Part shown: piece after piece, positions 35,543-50,814 of the stretch
Position numbering within the stretch: the first letter of the stretch is position 1
Layout: each line of letters begins with the position of its first letter
DNA from: the human T2T-CHM13v2.0 reference genome, Homo sapiens
DNA: 64,000 bases
Reading direction: 5' to 3' (one strand)
Assembly: GCF_009914755.1 (NCBI RefSeq)
Contig: NC_060939.1
Translations under genes and position numbers: made by a program
The notes under the pieces: model-generated
The model's database searches: none
Seen by the model: only the letters and a program-made list of their open reading frames with translations
What the model was told of the DNA's origin: nothing

Positions 35543-37162
35543 AGCCCCTCCGTGTTCGGGGTTCCAGTTTTCCCATTTGTGTGACGGAGGGAGACTGGCT
35601 GCCATTCTTCCCTTTGCTGGTCTGAGCCTGTGATCCTGTTGCCCTGTGGGCCTCTGGCACTGTGGACTTGAAGGGAAGGGAGTGGGAAGTGGGCCTGGGG
35701 TGACGTACCCCTGCGGGGGAAGGGAGGCTGCTGCAGGGGGCTGGGTGCTGAAGGCCCAGGGTGGAGCAGTGATGATCGCATGATCACCTAATCGCAGTGG
35801 CCCAGGAGTCAGGAGATCAGAGGTCTATCCCTTCACTAGCCACGTGCTCTCTCTGCACCTCAGATTCTGCGCCTGTGGAAGGAGATGAGTCCCAGCCCCA
35901 GATCCTTGGCTCCAGAGAACTCATGGGCTCCCTGCTTGCCAGGATTCAGCTCTGCCTAGAGGAAGGAAGTAAAGTGGGGGTGGGGAGGGAGTTGGAGGTG
36001 GATCGTTGAAGATAGGGGTCTCAGAGCCCTCAGGGGCCATGGGGGTGTGTCAGCGGGGGAGGTTGAAAGGAGCCATTGTGGGAAGCAGGAAGGGGGCCCT
36101 CTGGGGTGGGCTAATTATAGGCCCTGGCTCTTCCAAACAAAGCCAGCGGCCTCTGAGTGGCCATTCTTTGGGGGAAGAAAGAAGACTGGAGGGCCCCATT
36201 AAGGTCTTTCACGCTGGGACTTTGGAAGGTGGCTTGGAAGTTCGCCTTCCAAGGCTGCTCCCTTCCTGCCTCCCTCCACTCACCCCAGCCCACATCCCTT
36301 ACCCCTTCTTGAACCCCTCTGGGGAACCAGGCCCTGCCCCCCAGAGACAGTCTCACCTGGAGTTTAAACTTTTTGAAAACCGTGGGAGGCTGAATCAGGG
36401 AGGCAGCCAGGAGTAGAGAGAACCCTGAGAAGGGAGGAGGGATCTGGTGCTGCCCTGCGGCCCTGGGCTCAGTTTCTTCATCTGTAAAATGGGCTTGCCG
36501 TCTAGCCCTGACTTGCTGAAATTCACTGATGTTTCCAGATTTCTACATAGAACTGAGGCCAGACTCAGAGATGCCTGAGCATCAGGGTTTCTGCCTCCTG
36601 TCCTATTTACTACCCTCCAACACTGGTACCCTCCCTCCTCACCACCTGCTTGCCCACTGAGGCACCAGGTTGCATCTCTGAGTCTAAATTTGACTCAAAA
36701 GCCCAAATGGTCTTTGCTTGTCACAGATGGACTCCAAATGAAATAGCCAAAAGAACTCTTATTCCTTTCTGCATAAGTAGAAGCTGGGTTGAATTTCTTC
36801 ATCACTTCATTCATTCATGCATTCATTCATTTATTCATCCATAATGCTTTAACCATTTCCCAGGCACCTATCCCTCGCCCAGCGTGGGCACACAAACATG
36901 ATTCCTGAAACAACATTCAGGGCAATGAATGATGACTTGTGTGGGCAAGTCATCATTTGAGACAGGAGAGGAAAATGCAAAATGGGATGGAGGAGGGAGT
37001 CACTAACCCGGGTCACAGGGGAGGAGGCTTTTAGCCAGTCTGCAGGATGAGTAGGGCTGCTGTCGGGTGGAGCTGGGCAGTTTGGGTAGTGGAAATCACA
37101 CCAGCAAGGGTAGGGAGGTGAGAAAGGGCAGACCTGGCCTGGAGCAAAAGGGAACCTTCCCC

Positions 37163-37475
37163 AGGACATTATGTTAAGTGAAATAAGCCATTTGTGAAAA
37201 GACAAATACTGTAAGATTCCAATTCTATGAAGCACTGAGTATTCAAATTCACAGAGACGGAAAGTAGAATGGTGGTTGCCAGGAGCTGGGGGGAGGTGGA
37301 AGAAGTTGTTGTTTAATGGGTGTAGAGTTTCAGTTTTGCAAGATGAAAAGAGTTCTGGAGATTGGTTGCACAACAATGTAAATTTATTTAACACCACTGA
37401 GCTGCACATTTCAAAGTGGTTAGGATGGTACATTTTATGTTATGTGTATTTGACTACAATTTTTTTTTAAAAAGT
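37163..37475 (+). mobile_element. L1 (L1MB-like) 3'-end fragment
   Basis: gacattatgttaagtgaaataagcc...tttcagttttgcaagatgaaaagagttctggag. Confidence 0.85.
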
Positions 37476-37578
37476 AACTGTACACACACACCAAAAAAAA
37501 GTACCTTCCCCAGAGATAATGGGAGAGGGGAGGCAAGAAATAGGAGTGGGTGTGGACATTAGGTGGTGGAGGATCCTA

Positions 37579-37826
<248 letters not shown>

Positions 37827-38390
37827 AAAGTTGGAGGGAGGGAAAGAAGGGAGAGCGAGGGGTATGTGGGAAGTATTGAAGGGACTCGGGATAAACCGGC
37901 GTGATTCTGAGCGTGGGCCCTGCTTGCAGGGGATGGGGCCAGGATACGTGCACAAAGGTTGGCCCTAGGGCAGAAGCAACTGGACTCCTATCTTGTAACA
38001 TTTCTGCTGGTCACTTCAAATATGCAAGGGAAGAGAGCTGCTATTACTGAGTCACTAAGCTCCAAGACCTCAGACCTGGCAGAGGTACACCACCGCCTCC
38101 AGACCCACACTGGTTGGCCATGCCCAGCCGCTGAGGCAAAGGTTTCCAGGTAGTCTCTGCCACCTACCCTCTCCCCAAAATGGCCATACTGTGGTCTTTC
38201 CCGACATGAATTATAGAATTTCAGACTATCAGAGCTGAGAGATGACTTATCTGCCCCACTACCCCAATCATACAGATGGGCACACTGACACCCAAACAGA
38301 AGGGATCTCCTGAATTTCACTTACAAGTCAGGCGACTAGAACTCTTTGTCTCAGCTTCTCCCTGGGGGATCTGAAGAAACTGAATTTTAA

Positions 38391-38782
<392 letters not shown>

Positions 38783-39154
38783 TGAAAATGATGCATTTCA
38801 GTCAATGTAACTTCAAGTGAGCTTTTTTTTGAATGAAATCAATGCTGTCTATAAATGTTCTCTTTAGACTCAGAAGTGTACTACAGTTTTGGGGTACAGA
38901 ATTCCCTGTTCTCTAATATAATACATTTAAATCTTTGAGCCCAGTCCCAGGACATGTTTAGTAGGGGTAAGTGTAGATAGAATTCTGAGGTTCAGATCTC
39001 AACAGCTACTCACTAGCCATGTGATCTTGGATGAATTTCCTGACATTCTCTCAGCCTTGGATTCTTCATTTGTAAAAGGGGGAATAATTATATCTACTCA
39101 CAGAGCCATGTCGAGTGCCTGGTATCCAGTGGCTGCTCAACAAAGAGTTGAGGC

Positions 39155-39945
39155 TGATGATGATGATATTGGGTAATGATGATGGTGATGGGGGTAATAA
39201 TGATGGTGATGTAGGTAATGATGGTGATGTTGGTGATGCTGCTGCTGCTGGCGATGGTGGTGGTGGTGACTGTGATGATGGTGGTTATAGTGATGGTGGT
39301 GGTGACAGTAGTGGTGATAGTGATGGTGGTGATGGTGGTGATGACTGTGCTAGTGATGGTGGTGACAGTAGTGGTGGAGGTGATCGTGATGGTGGTGGTG
39401 GTGATAATGGTGATGACAGTGATGGTGATGATGGTGATGGTGGTGGTGGCTATGGTGATAGTGGTGATGGAGGTGGTGGTGATGATGGTGAATGTGGTGG
39501 TGATGGTGGTGGTGGTCGTGGTGATAGAGGTGGTGGTGATGATGGTGGTGATGACTGTGCTGGTGGTGGTGGTGATGATGGTGATGATGGTGATGGTGGT
39601 GGTGACTGTGGTGGTGGTGATGATGGTGATGATGGTGATGGTGGTGGTGACTGTGGTGGTGGTGGTGATGATGGTGATGATGGTGATGGTGGTGGTGACT
39701 GGTGGTGGTGGTGATGGTGGTGGTGATGATGATGGTGGTGGTGATGGTGATAGTGGTGGTGACTGTGGTGGTGGTGATGATGGTGGTGATGATGGTGATG
39801 GTGGTGGTGACTGTGGTGGTGGTGGGGATGATGGTGATGGTGGTGGTGATTGTGGTGATGATGGTGGTGATGATGGTGATGGTGGTGGTGACTATGGTGG
39901 TGGTGACAGTAGTGATGATGGTGATGGTGGTGGTGGTGATGGTAG
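39155..39945 (+). repeat. (GGT/GAT)n low-complexity triplet tract
   Basis: ~800 bp of GGT/GAT/GAC triplets. Confidence 0.97.
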
Positions 39946-40108
39946 AGATAGTTCTTACTGAGGGGAGTCCTGAATCTCCCATCTCCCATTGGGTAACACC
40001 AAGACCCAGAGTCAGGGAGAATGGATTCCAGCTTGATAACTCTTTGGTGTAAGAGGCTCTGGGCTGTCTGCAAAGTGAAGCTGTGCCTCACATTGTGAGT
40101 CTTGATTA

Positions 40109-40474
<366 letters not shown>

Positions 40475-40982
40475 CTACACCCCAAGTCAAGAACTCTTGA
40501 GAAAGAATAGGCATATGAACAGGCTCTCCCAGAATGGGAAGTTCTGGATACCACGTACCCATGAGCTCCCCACACCAGAATCTTCTTCCTTGTCCCTGCT
40601 CTAATTTTTTCCATAGAACTTAACATCTTCTAGCATACATTATAATTTACTTATTTTCCATATTTAGTGTTTATTTTTGTCTGTCTCTACCCACCTCCCC
40701 CACTAGAAGATAAGCTTCAGAGGGCTGGAGTTATTGTTTGGTTCACTGCTGGATTCCAAATGCCTAAAATAGTATCTGGCACACAGTAGGTGTTCAAGAA
40801 ATATTTGTTGAAGGAACAAATGCTAAAAGGAAGGGATCGATGGAAAAAAACTTCCCTGGGTCAGGCCCAGCTTCCTGCCTTGTTACCTGGTTTCTCCTCA
40901 AACAAACAGAGGTGGGTGGGGAGTGTCCCTGAGCACCCAGCCTGCAGGCTTTCAGACTGGGTCCAGGCTGGGCTGTGGGTGA

Positions 40983-41342
<360 letters not shown>

Positions 41343-42089
41343 TAGGGGTGGGGTTTGGGGGAGAGAAAGACCCTGGAACTCCTGCCTGAGTCCCTTTCTG
41401 GGACCCCAGAGAGCCTCAGGAGAACTGGGAGGGTGGGGTCAGAGCTCCAGACTGCATCCCAAAGCTCTGCCGGTGTGACCTTGGGCAAATTCTGGGCCTT
41501 TGTAACCCGTGCCTCCTTCAGTGTGGCATGGGGACACTGGTGCCTGTCACGCAAGGTCAGGTGAGAAGGAAATAGAAGGGCAGATGAGAGATGGCTTTGT
41601 AAATGTAAAAGTGCTGAGCACACAGTGGGTTTGGGGGCCAGTCCTGAGCAGTGGACATTACACCGAGTAATATTATACTCAGCCCTGTGTGCCTGTCCCT
41701 GAGCCCCACTAGATTGTGGGTATGTTGGGGTGGACAGAAATGAGGGGACCTGGGCCCTGCCTTCTGGAACTTCCAGAGCAGGTGGAGAGGAAGGAACTCC
41801 AAGCAGAGAAAAGTAAAGTGAGCTGGAATGAGAAGGAAATCCATGCCTAGACTAAGGCCACCCTGGCAGGCTGCCTGGAGGAGGAGGGATGTGAGGGAAC
41901 AGGGAAACCAAGTCCCAGACTTTAAATGGCTATAAATCAGGGGCAGGCTGAACTCTTCCCCAGTCTAGGAGTCTATGGTGGTGGCAGGACCTAGGATCAT
42001 CCCACAGGCTAAGCCCTCCCTTCCTCACCCCTGCCCGGTGGGCTTGGATTGGGCATCAGCAAAGGGAGGGAGCCATGGGTGGGGCCTAG

Positions 42090-42701
<612 letters not shown>

Positions 42702-45700
42702 TGAGCTGAGCTGAGCAGAGCAGCAGAGCTCCCAAGGCTGCCATGTTCAGTCTGAGGAACGTGCAGTCTGAGGATGGACATGGGAGTCCCAGTTACAATG
42801 GGCAGACAGAAAATGGGGCAAAGGCCACACAGAGCAGGGAGCCAACCAAGTGGGGTTTCTTTTGCCCTGTGGGTTAGTGTCCCCTGAGACCCTTCAGTTC
42901 CCAACCTCGTTCTCACCAGTTTTTGTGGGAGGCCCCGAGTGACCAGGGGACAGAAGCCTCCTCTGTGTGCCCACCCTCAAGCCCATCTAGCATCCACCCT
43001 GACCAGGAGGGGCTCAACCCCAACCCAGGACCCAGGTGAGAGAGTCTAGTCCTTATCCGAAATATAGGAGGCTTCTCCCCTATGACCATGTTCTGTGACC
43101 AGACAGCATGTCTAGTAGGCCTCACGCCAGCACAGATAGAAGCTGGTAGAGCAAGTAGTAGCCCATTTGACAGGTGGAGAAACAGGCCCAAGGTATGCTT
43201 GATGCCATTTAATGTCAACAACATTTCCTGGAAACCTTAGTGTATAATAGTGCACAGAATCCAAAAGTGACAGCACCTAAGCTCAGGGTGTCGCCTGGCT
43301 TGAAGACAGTTGGGTATAGTGAGGGTATCATCTATGGTCCTGTAGGGCATGCCTGGCAGGAGAGATCTGGTGAGGGATTGTACATGTCAGATTTTGGTGA
43401 CTAGGAACGGCTTCTTGGAAGAGGGTTTATTTGAGGTGAATCTTCCCATTCATTCCTTCATTTACCCTTTTATCCATTCATTCATCCATCAGACATTTGT
43501 TAAATGCTAACTCCGCCGACTGCCTGCCAAGTGGGTAAGACTTAGGGATAGCAATACTGGGCTTTGGGGAGGGTATTCCAGGAGGAGGGACCATGATACA
43601 CTGGCTAAGAGGAAGGGAGAGGTTCCGCTGGCAGTAGAAGATGAGCGGAGATTGGAGCCAGAAGTTGACAACCAAAGGCTCTTGGCCCATCTGCGGTGCT
43701 TCTCTCCCTGCAGTGCATTGGTCTGGTGCTGAAGTGGAGCCCAGGTGGTGGACTGTCAGGCTGGGAGAGGGCCTGGGGATGGGAGAAAGTGGAGGGAGTC
43801 GAGGGCACCAGGAAGAGCAGAGGTGGATGTTCATTTCAGGAGGCAGTGGGGAACACCAGAGGGGTTTGTGCAGGGTTTGTGCGGGAGAAAGACCAGATCT
43901 GAGCTGTGGTTTAGGCCAAGTGATAGGGCAGCATGTACCAGGATAACTACGAGGATGACCAAGGACGCAGGGACCCAGGGACCAGCTTCTCTTGCCCAGT
44001 CACTCAGCCTGTTGACATGGCCCACTATGGCCTCTGTCCATTAATTCATTCATCAGTCAATCAACACATACTTTTGACCACTTCCTGCACACCCAGCTCT
44101 GTGCTGAGTGCTGATCTTGTAAAATAAAATGCATGTCACCTGCATTCCTAGGTGACATTCTGTTCCCTTAGACTGCAAGCTCCCTGACTTCAGGGCCTGG
44201 TGTCCTACAGTTTGTCACAGGACTAGGCACACAAAAGCTGTGAACTCGGAAGAAGCTGTCCCCTGCTCTCCAGGTCCCAGAGTGCCCTGGCCACCTGAGC
44301 CACAGGCCACGTGGACGATGCTCTTCAGGCTGCAGTTCTGAATGTGTGCGAGGGAGGGGAAAGGGGACTGGCGAGATGGCTGAGTCGAACTCGGCAGCTC
44401 TAATTTCTGTTATTTAAAGCCATCATCTCCCCACCATGCTCCCTCTTAAAGTGTCAGATGTCTGCTTCTGCCAAGACAAGAAAATGGCTTTCAAGGGAGA
44501 GGAAAATCGCTTCCCTGGGGGAGAGTGGGGGGAGAGTCAGCAATCATAACCCTGACGACAGGGCCAGGAAGCACAAGGGAGCAGACAATGAAGACAGGTC
44601 CTTCAGAGAATACAGGGGCTGTTTCAGCTCCAGATAACTCGCTCTAGCAGTTCAGGCTAAGGAAGGCAGGCACCTTTCTGGTGCTGCTACTTGGAGGCTC
44701 AAAGGCACAGCTGGAAGGACAGCAGCAAGAGTGGGCTGTCAGCGAGCAATATTCAGATCAAAGCTACGGATGGATTTCTGGCTCCAGATGCAAATGTCTA
44801 GGCTCAAAGTCACCTCTTCCAGGAAGCCTTCCCAGCATTGATTTTATCCCTCCCAAGTTATCCTCAGTCCTGACTGTGATCAGGCATTTCAACAATTGAA
44901 TCTATTCAATTCAGAACTTGGTTGTAGGCTCACAAGTTGTTCTCCAGTTTGTGTAGTGTGTGGCACTGGTTTTTTTTTTTTTTTTTTTTTTTTTCACCAG
45001 AACTGATGATGGTCATGGGGGGCAGTGGAGCAGGGGCAGGAGAGCAGGATGAGCAGGAATGCAATAATCAAGATGATCCAGAATGAGAAGGAAGCGGAAG
45101 ACAAGGCTCAGTGTGAGACCAGGGTCAGAGCTCAGCAAACTTCCACGACTGGCTTTGAATCAGAATCATTTTGCTTCTCAGCCACGGCCCCTGGGTTACA
45201 CAGCCTTAAATGGCCCTGCCAATGCTGGTCACAGCATTCCCTAGTCCTGGAGACTCGGGAACTAAAACAATCAATTCCCCTGAGCAATAAAATTATGGAC
45301 AGTGAACACCTTCGCTTCTCCAGTCCCCAAGCTTCCTGCTCTGTGTGGGTGGGGAGGTGATGGTGGGAGGGACTGTCCTCCATGAATATTTCCAGCATGC
45401 ACAATCACAGCTCCAAGATAGAGGTCACTCCCTGAGCCCTTGACCCAAGGATGGGGATGCTGGGAGCATGCAGGCAGGGGCTGCAGAGGGAATTTACCCA
45501 CCTAGAGGGCTAACTATTTCCAGGTTCCTGCCAGCCAGAGCAGCAGCCCTTCCCAGAGGCTCAGGGTGCTTCCTTTCTGGGTAGAGCTCCACTACACTCG
45601 TCCCACCCCCTCAGCGCTGCCTCCTGTCACCTCTTGGCAGGTTTGAGACCATAGAGCTATGCCTCTCCAGCTCCCAGAGCCTCTCCTTCCCCGGGGTAAG

Positions 45701-47469
45701 GGGGAGTTCATCAGACCAGATGAGGGTGGCCTGTTCGGTGCTGGACAGAGCACCCCGGGGTGAGGAAAGCAGCAAGGTGCAACCCAAAGCCGGCAAAAAG
45801 GCCATCAGATGTGACTCGGCTGGACATTTTTAGGGGAAAATGATGACTCTTGGAGGGCTGGAAAGGGCGGGGGAGACCACAACAGCTGTGGGCCTGGGGC
45901 TGGGCTCTCAGAGGCCACAACGCTTCTGGTACCTCACTGCCCTCTCCAAGAGATCCCTGAAAGTCTACTGACAGTCTCCCACTGGCATAGCTGTTCAAGA
46001 GGGAAACTGGAAATTCCCAGAGATATAATTTCTGGAAACGCAAATTTTAAGGTTCCTTGTTTATAGCTCTGGGAGCCATCCTGGGGGCTCCCTCGCTAGA
46101 AGGCCGGGAACTCCCTCCCACACAGCTCTGAGCTCTGGAAGGAGAAGGAGGGGTGCACTGGGCTCCCTCCCCCAGCATTTACCTCTTCCCAACAATCGCA
46201 GTTTTGTTTCATAGAAACGATTTCGTTTCCCAGGAGCCTTTTAAATGACACTTTCAAGGTTGTTTTTTTTTTCTTTTTCTTTTCTTTTTTTTTTAATTCC
46301 TTCCGTTTAAAACACCTTTTTTTCCCCCAAGGGGAAAAAAAGGAGAAGAAAAGCTAATAAAGCAATCACCAAACGCCAAGCACCTGGCTCTAAGCCTGTG
46401 GATTCTGATTGTGAATTTGGCACCCACTGGCTAGGGGGCTTTCATTAAGGAGAAGTGGAGGGGAAAGGAGAGCGGCCACGGAGCTGCTGTGAACGGCTTT
46501 CCTAGCGTCCCCTCGGCCACCCCTACCCCCATCCCACCCCACTCCCCCGACCCCCGCCGCCTGCATGTCTCTGGTCCCAGTTCTAGTTGGAGCTCCAGGC
46601 CGGCGCTCTCCCAGCCCCAGGCATCCTCTTGCCTTTAAGGCACAAGCACTCCGTCCTCACTCCCCCCGCCCCCATGGCCTGCTTTTAAATTCATTATGCC
46701 TTTTATTGCTCGCGATTGCATACACTATTTCTATTGCCCTGGAGACTGGAATGGTTCAAGCAGGGAGAGGCACATGATGTGGATTTCATTAACTTTACTC
46801 TTTACTGCCCGTTTAATCTCAGGGGTGCAGCACGGGGGTGTGAGTGGGGGCTGGCGTGGCTGGGGAACTGGGCACCTCTTCGTTCATGCCCCATCCCCTC
46901 AGTGCTGGACCCTTGGGTTAGCTGGTTTCCCTCATCTTCTGAAGCCTCCCCTTCTGCCACTCCCTCTGCTCTCCTGGTGAGGGGAGTTGTCACTGGCCCA
47001 TTTCACAGGTGGGGAAAGAGAGGCTCTAGAAAGCAATGCTTGGGCTGCTACCAACAAAGTGGTGGGAGGTGGGGAAGGTGAGAACAGGTTAGATCAGGAC
47101 TGCCAGCCCCTCCCAGGCTGATGTCCCAGCCCTTGGGTACTGGGGTTCCCCCTCCTCCTCCTTTCCTGCGCTTCACCAAACATAGAGGACTGGAGGCCAG
47201 TCAGCTCCTCCTTGCAAATGAGGCAGTTTTATGGGCTTTAGAAAAACACTCCAATTGTTCCCTCAATTACCCTGGAGCGGATTGAATATATTAATCTCTC
47301 TCTTAACTCGAGTTAGAGACTCTGCTGCCACCCCTCCCCCAGCCACCAGTGCCCCTCTACAGGCACGTGCCAGAGATTGACTCCCAGCCCCCACCCTCTG
47401 GGCCTCAGGCCCGAGCAGGTCAGCCCCGTCCAGGCAGCATGCTTCTGCTGAGGCTGTGCCCACCGCCAG

Positions 47470-47472
<3 letters not shown>

Positions 47473-47523
<51 letters not shown>

Positions 47524-47548
47524 AGCATGCACACACACACACACACAC
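47473..47548 (+). repeat. Interrupted (CA)n microsatellite
   Basis: Direct observation. Confidence 0.95.
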
Positions 47549-48868
47549 AGCAGACAGCAGACAGCTGCTTTACATTTCTCCATCAATTTACATTGATTTT
47601 CTCCTCTGCCACTATTTGGAAGAGCCTTTTCCTTGAGTAAACACGATCATGGGGGCTCCCCCTTGAGTAGGGGGTGGGAAGGGGACTGCAGGCAGCTCCC
47701 CCTTCTCCTCCTTTGACAACTGCCTCCAGCTTAAACACACTCTGCCCCAGGCAGCTGAGCCCCGTTAAAAGCTACCTGAGGTTTCCCTTTGTAGCTCGAT
47801 TTTCTTTTATTTCAGGGGAACAAAGGCACTGTCATGGCGTTCTCAGAGAATGCTGTCACCCACGCAGGGAGGGGTGCAGACCGGCACCATGGCGGAGAGA
47901 GAGGTGGGGCAGGCAGGTGCTGGCCCTGGGGAGGCTGGGGTGGGGGGCACTTCCAGCCCCCACTTCACCCCTGCACCTCCCACCCTGTCAGGGAGAGAGG
48001 CCAGGGGCTAAATACATCGTGATCACCCTGCAGGCAGCCTGCTGGCTCCCCTTCCTCCTCTGGGTGCGTTGAAACACTCTCCATTCGTGGGGTCCCTGAA
48101 GGAGAGCCCAGAGGTCCTGGGCAGCATGGACGAGACTCAAAATTGCACAGTTTGAGGGAGTCCCATATTTGTGTCCTTGCCCAAGCCTGTCCCTCCACCC
48201 CTGTGCTTCCAGATTTCCATGTCATCTGTATATGCTTTTAGGGTCCTAACAGGGTCTGTGCCTGGAACTCAGCAGAGTAGAGGATGGGAGGGATTTGGGA
48301 TTCAACCAGCTTAGGGTGAGAGGCAGGTGCATGGAAGTCAGGAGGACCTGGATGCTGATTGGGCTCTGGCATTGATTTAGCAGCGTTTGACCTGGTGCAG
48401 GTTATATAACTTCCCTCAGCCTCCACTTCCACGTCTGTAAAATGGGAGAGAGCAATTTCTGTGCCCTTTATTGCTGGCAAGATGAAATGAGCTAGTGTAC
48501 AGTTAGCCTTGCCCTGCAGTAAGTGGTTAATAAATTCCTGCTGTTCTAGTAATGATTTGGGATGTCTGTATTGGGCAAAGAGGATGTGTCTGGGCCTTGG
48601 TTTCTGCACCTAGAAAATAGGATTGCTCCTTCTTGCCCAGCCAGTCTCCCAAGGGAGGGGTGTTAGGAGCTTGTGAGTCTCACTGTGTCTGGGCCCAGAT
48701 TCCAGGTTGCAGGGTGGAGAAGGCCAGCCCAGCCTGGGTGCTAGTCTGGGAAGAGCCTCCATTAGCAGATTGTTGTAACCGAACACACCAGATGGCCCTG
48801 CTGTCCTCCTTCATCTCTGCCTTTCCTCACCCCAGCCAGGGGCTGACGCTGACTCACACCTCCTGGAG

Positions 48869-48870
<2 letters not shown>

Positions 48871-48907
<37 letters not shown>
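48871..48907 (+). repeat. (GT)n microsatellite
   Basis: Direct observation. Confidence 0.95.
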
Positions 48908-48908
<1 letters not shown>

Positions 48909-50297
48909 CAGAGAATGATGTGGGGGGAGATGGAGAGGAAGGGGTTGCCTGCCTCTGATGTCTTCCCAACCAGACCAGCCCCAGCCCCAGTGAGCAGCTG
49001 ATGGGCTCCAGGGAAGGGAAATGTGGTGGCCTTCTCATCTCCAGAAATTATCTTCACAGTGAAGGAAGCGGGCATAATGTGCAGGAAGGCCCAGTGACGA
49101 TGGCCTTTTCTTAACCTTACACCCATGGAAAGCGGATGTGCCCCCAACTCCTGAACACCCTCCACCCACCCCCAACTCCATCCACCCTCATGGATGCTGC
49201 GACACACAAGGACACATACACATGCACACATACGTGAATATACACAGACCTCCAGCATCCTCAACATGCAGAGACCCCCCTACCCTCCACCTCCATCTCA
49301 ATGATAGATTCACCCCGAGACACCAATGGACATGCCTGGGAAGCGCACATCCTCCCACACACAGACTCGCACCTCCCTGGATCTCCTGCGTCTCCCTGGT
49401 TCCATCTCTGTACAACAACCCCAAGTGCAGCACCAGGTGAGAAAGGGACTTGGGGACATGGCATATGTGATATATGAGGTGAGATTAAAACCCTGCGTGA
49501 AACCCATCTTTAATATACCTCTGACAGTGGATTAGGGTGGGGAGCAGCAGGGTAGGAAGGCTGACAGCACCCAGTGAGCCCACCCTGGCCCTGGTGAGGG
49601 GTAGGGCTGTTAGGCCAGCCCAGCCACCCCCAGCCTGGGTCCTGGGCTAGTTCTGCAGAGTCCTGGGGTCAGGAGCAGCTGAGGCCAGCAGGTACCAGGC
49701 CCCGTCCCAGGGAAGATGGAGAATGCGTGTGGGACGTCCTTCCTCCACCTGGACCTGACAGCCTGCCCTGGGCTCCAAAGGTCCAACCTCCCTCAGCCTG
49801 AGGTGATGATCATTCATTCATTCATTCATTCACTTTCCCAAGCAGTAAACTGGGTTGCTGTATGTCCAGCCTTCAGGGAGCTGCCAGGCTGGGCAGGGAG
49901 AGGAAATAGGAGGAGTTGAGGAACAATCACTTTCCAAGCCGATTGTGGAGGAAGTGGTGGGCATGAGCTGGGTGGTCGTCAAGGACTCAGTCTGTTGGAG
50001 GAAGACAGTTCTGCTGGCAGTCGGAAGACTTTGTTTAGAACCTCATTTCCCAGTTGCATATGAGCAGTTATGACTTGGAGCAGGTCCCTTACCTCCCTGG
50101 GCCTCAAATTCCTCATCTGTACGATGGACAGAGTCCTATCTACTAACAAGGAAGTTATGAGGCTCAAGTGAGGAAGAGATTGGGAAATTGCGTGGTGCTA
50201 ACAACCCATCCCACAAATGTCAGGGAGACAGTTGCACCCTGCCTCTATGGTGGGGTGGGATTCCAGCAGAGAGTGGGGAGAATGGTTTTCAAGGGTG

Positions 50298-50814
<517 letters not shown>

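Noticed and set aside
39115-40091. Long ORFs rich in Gly/Asp, Val/Met, His, Thr or Pro/Ser
   Set aside because: Translations of the (GGT/GAT)n tract in several frames; no splice or promoter context
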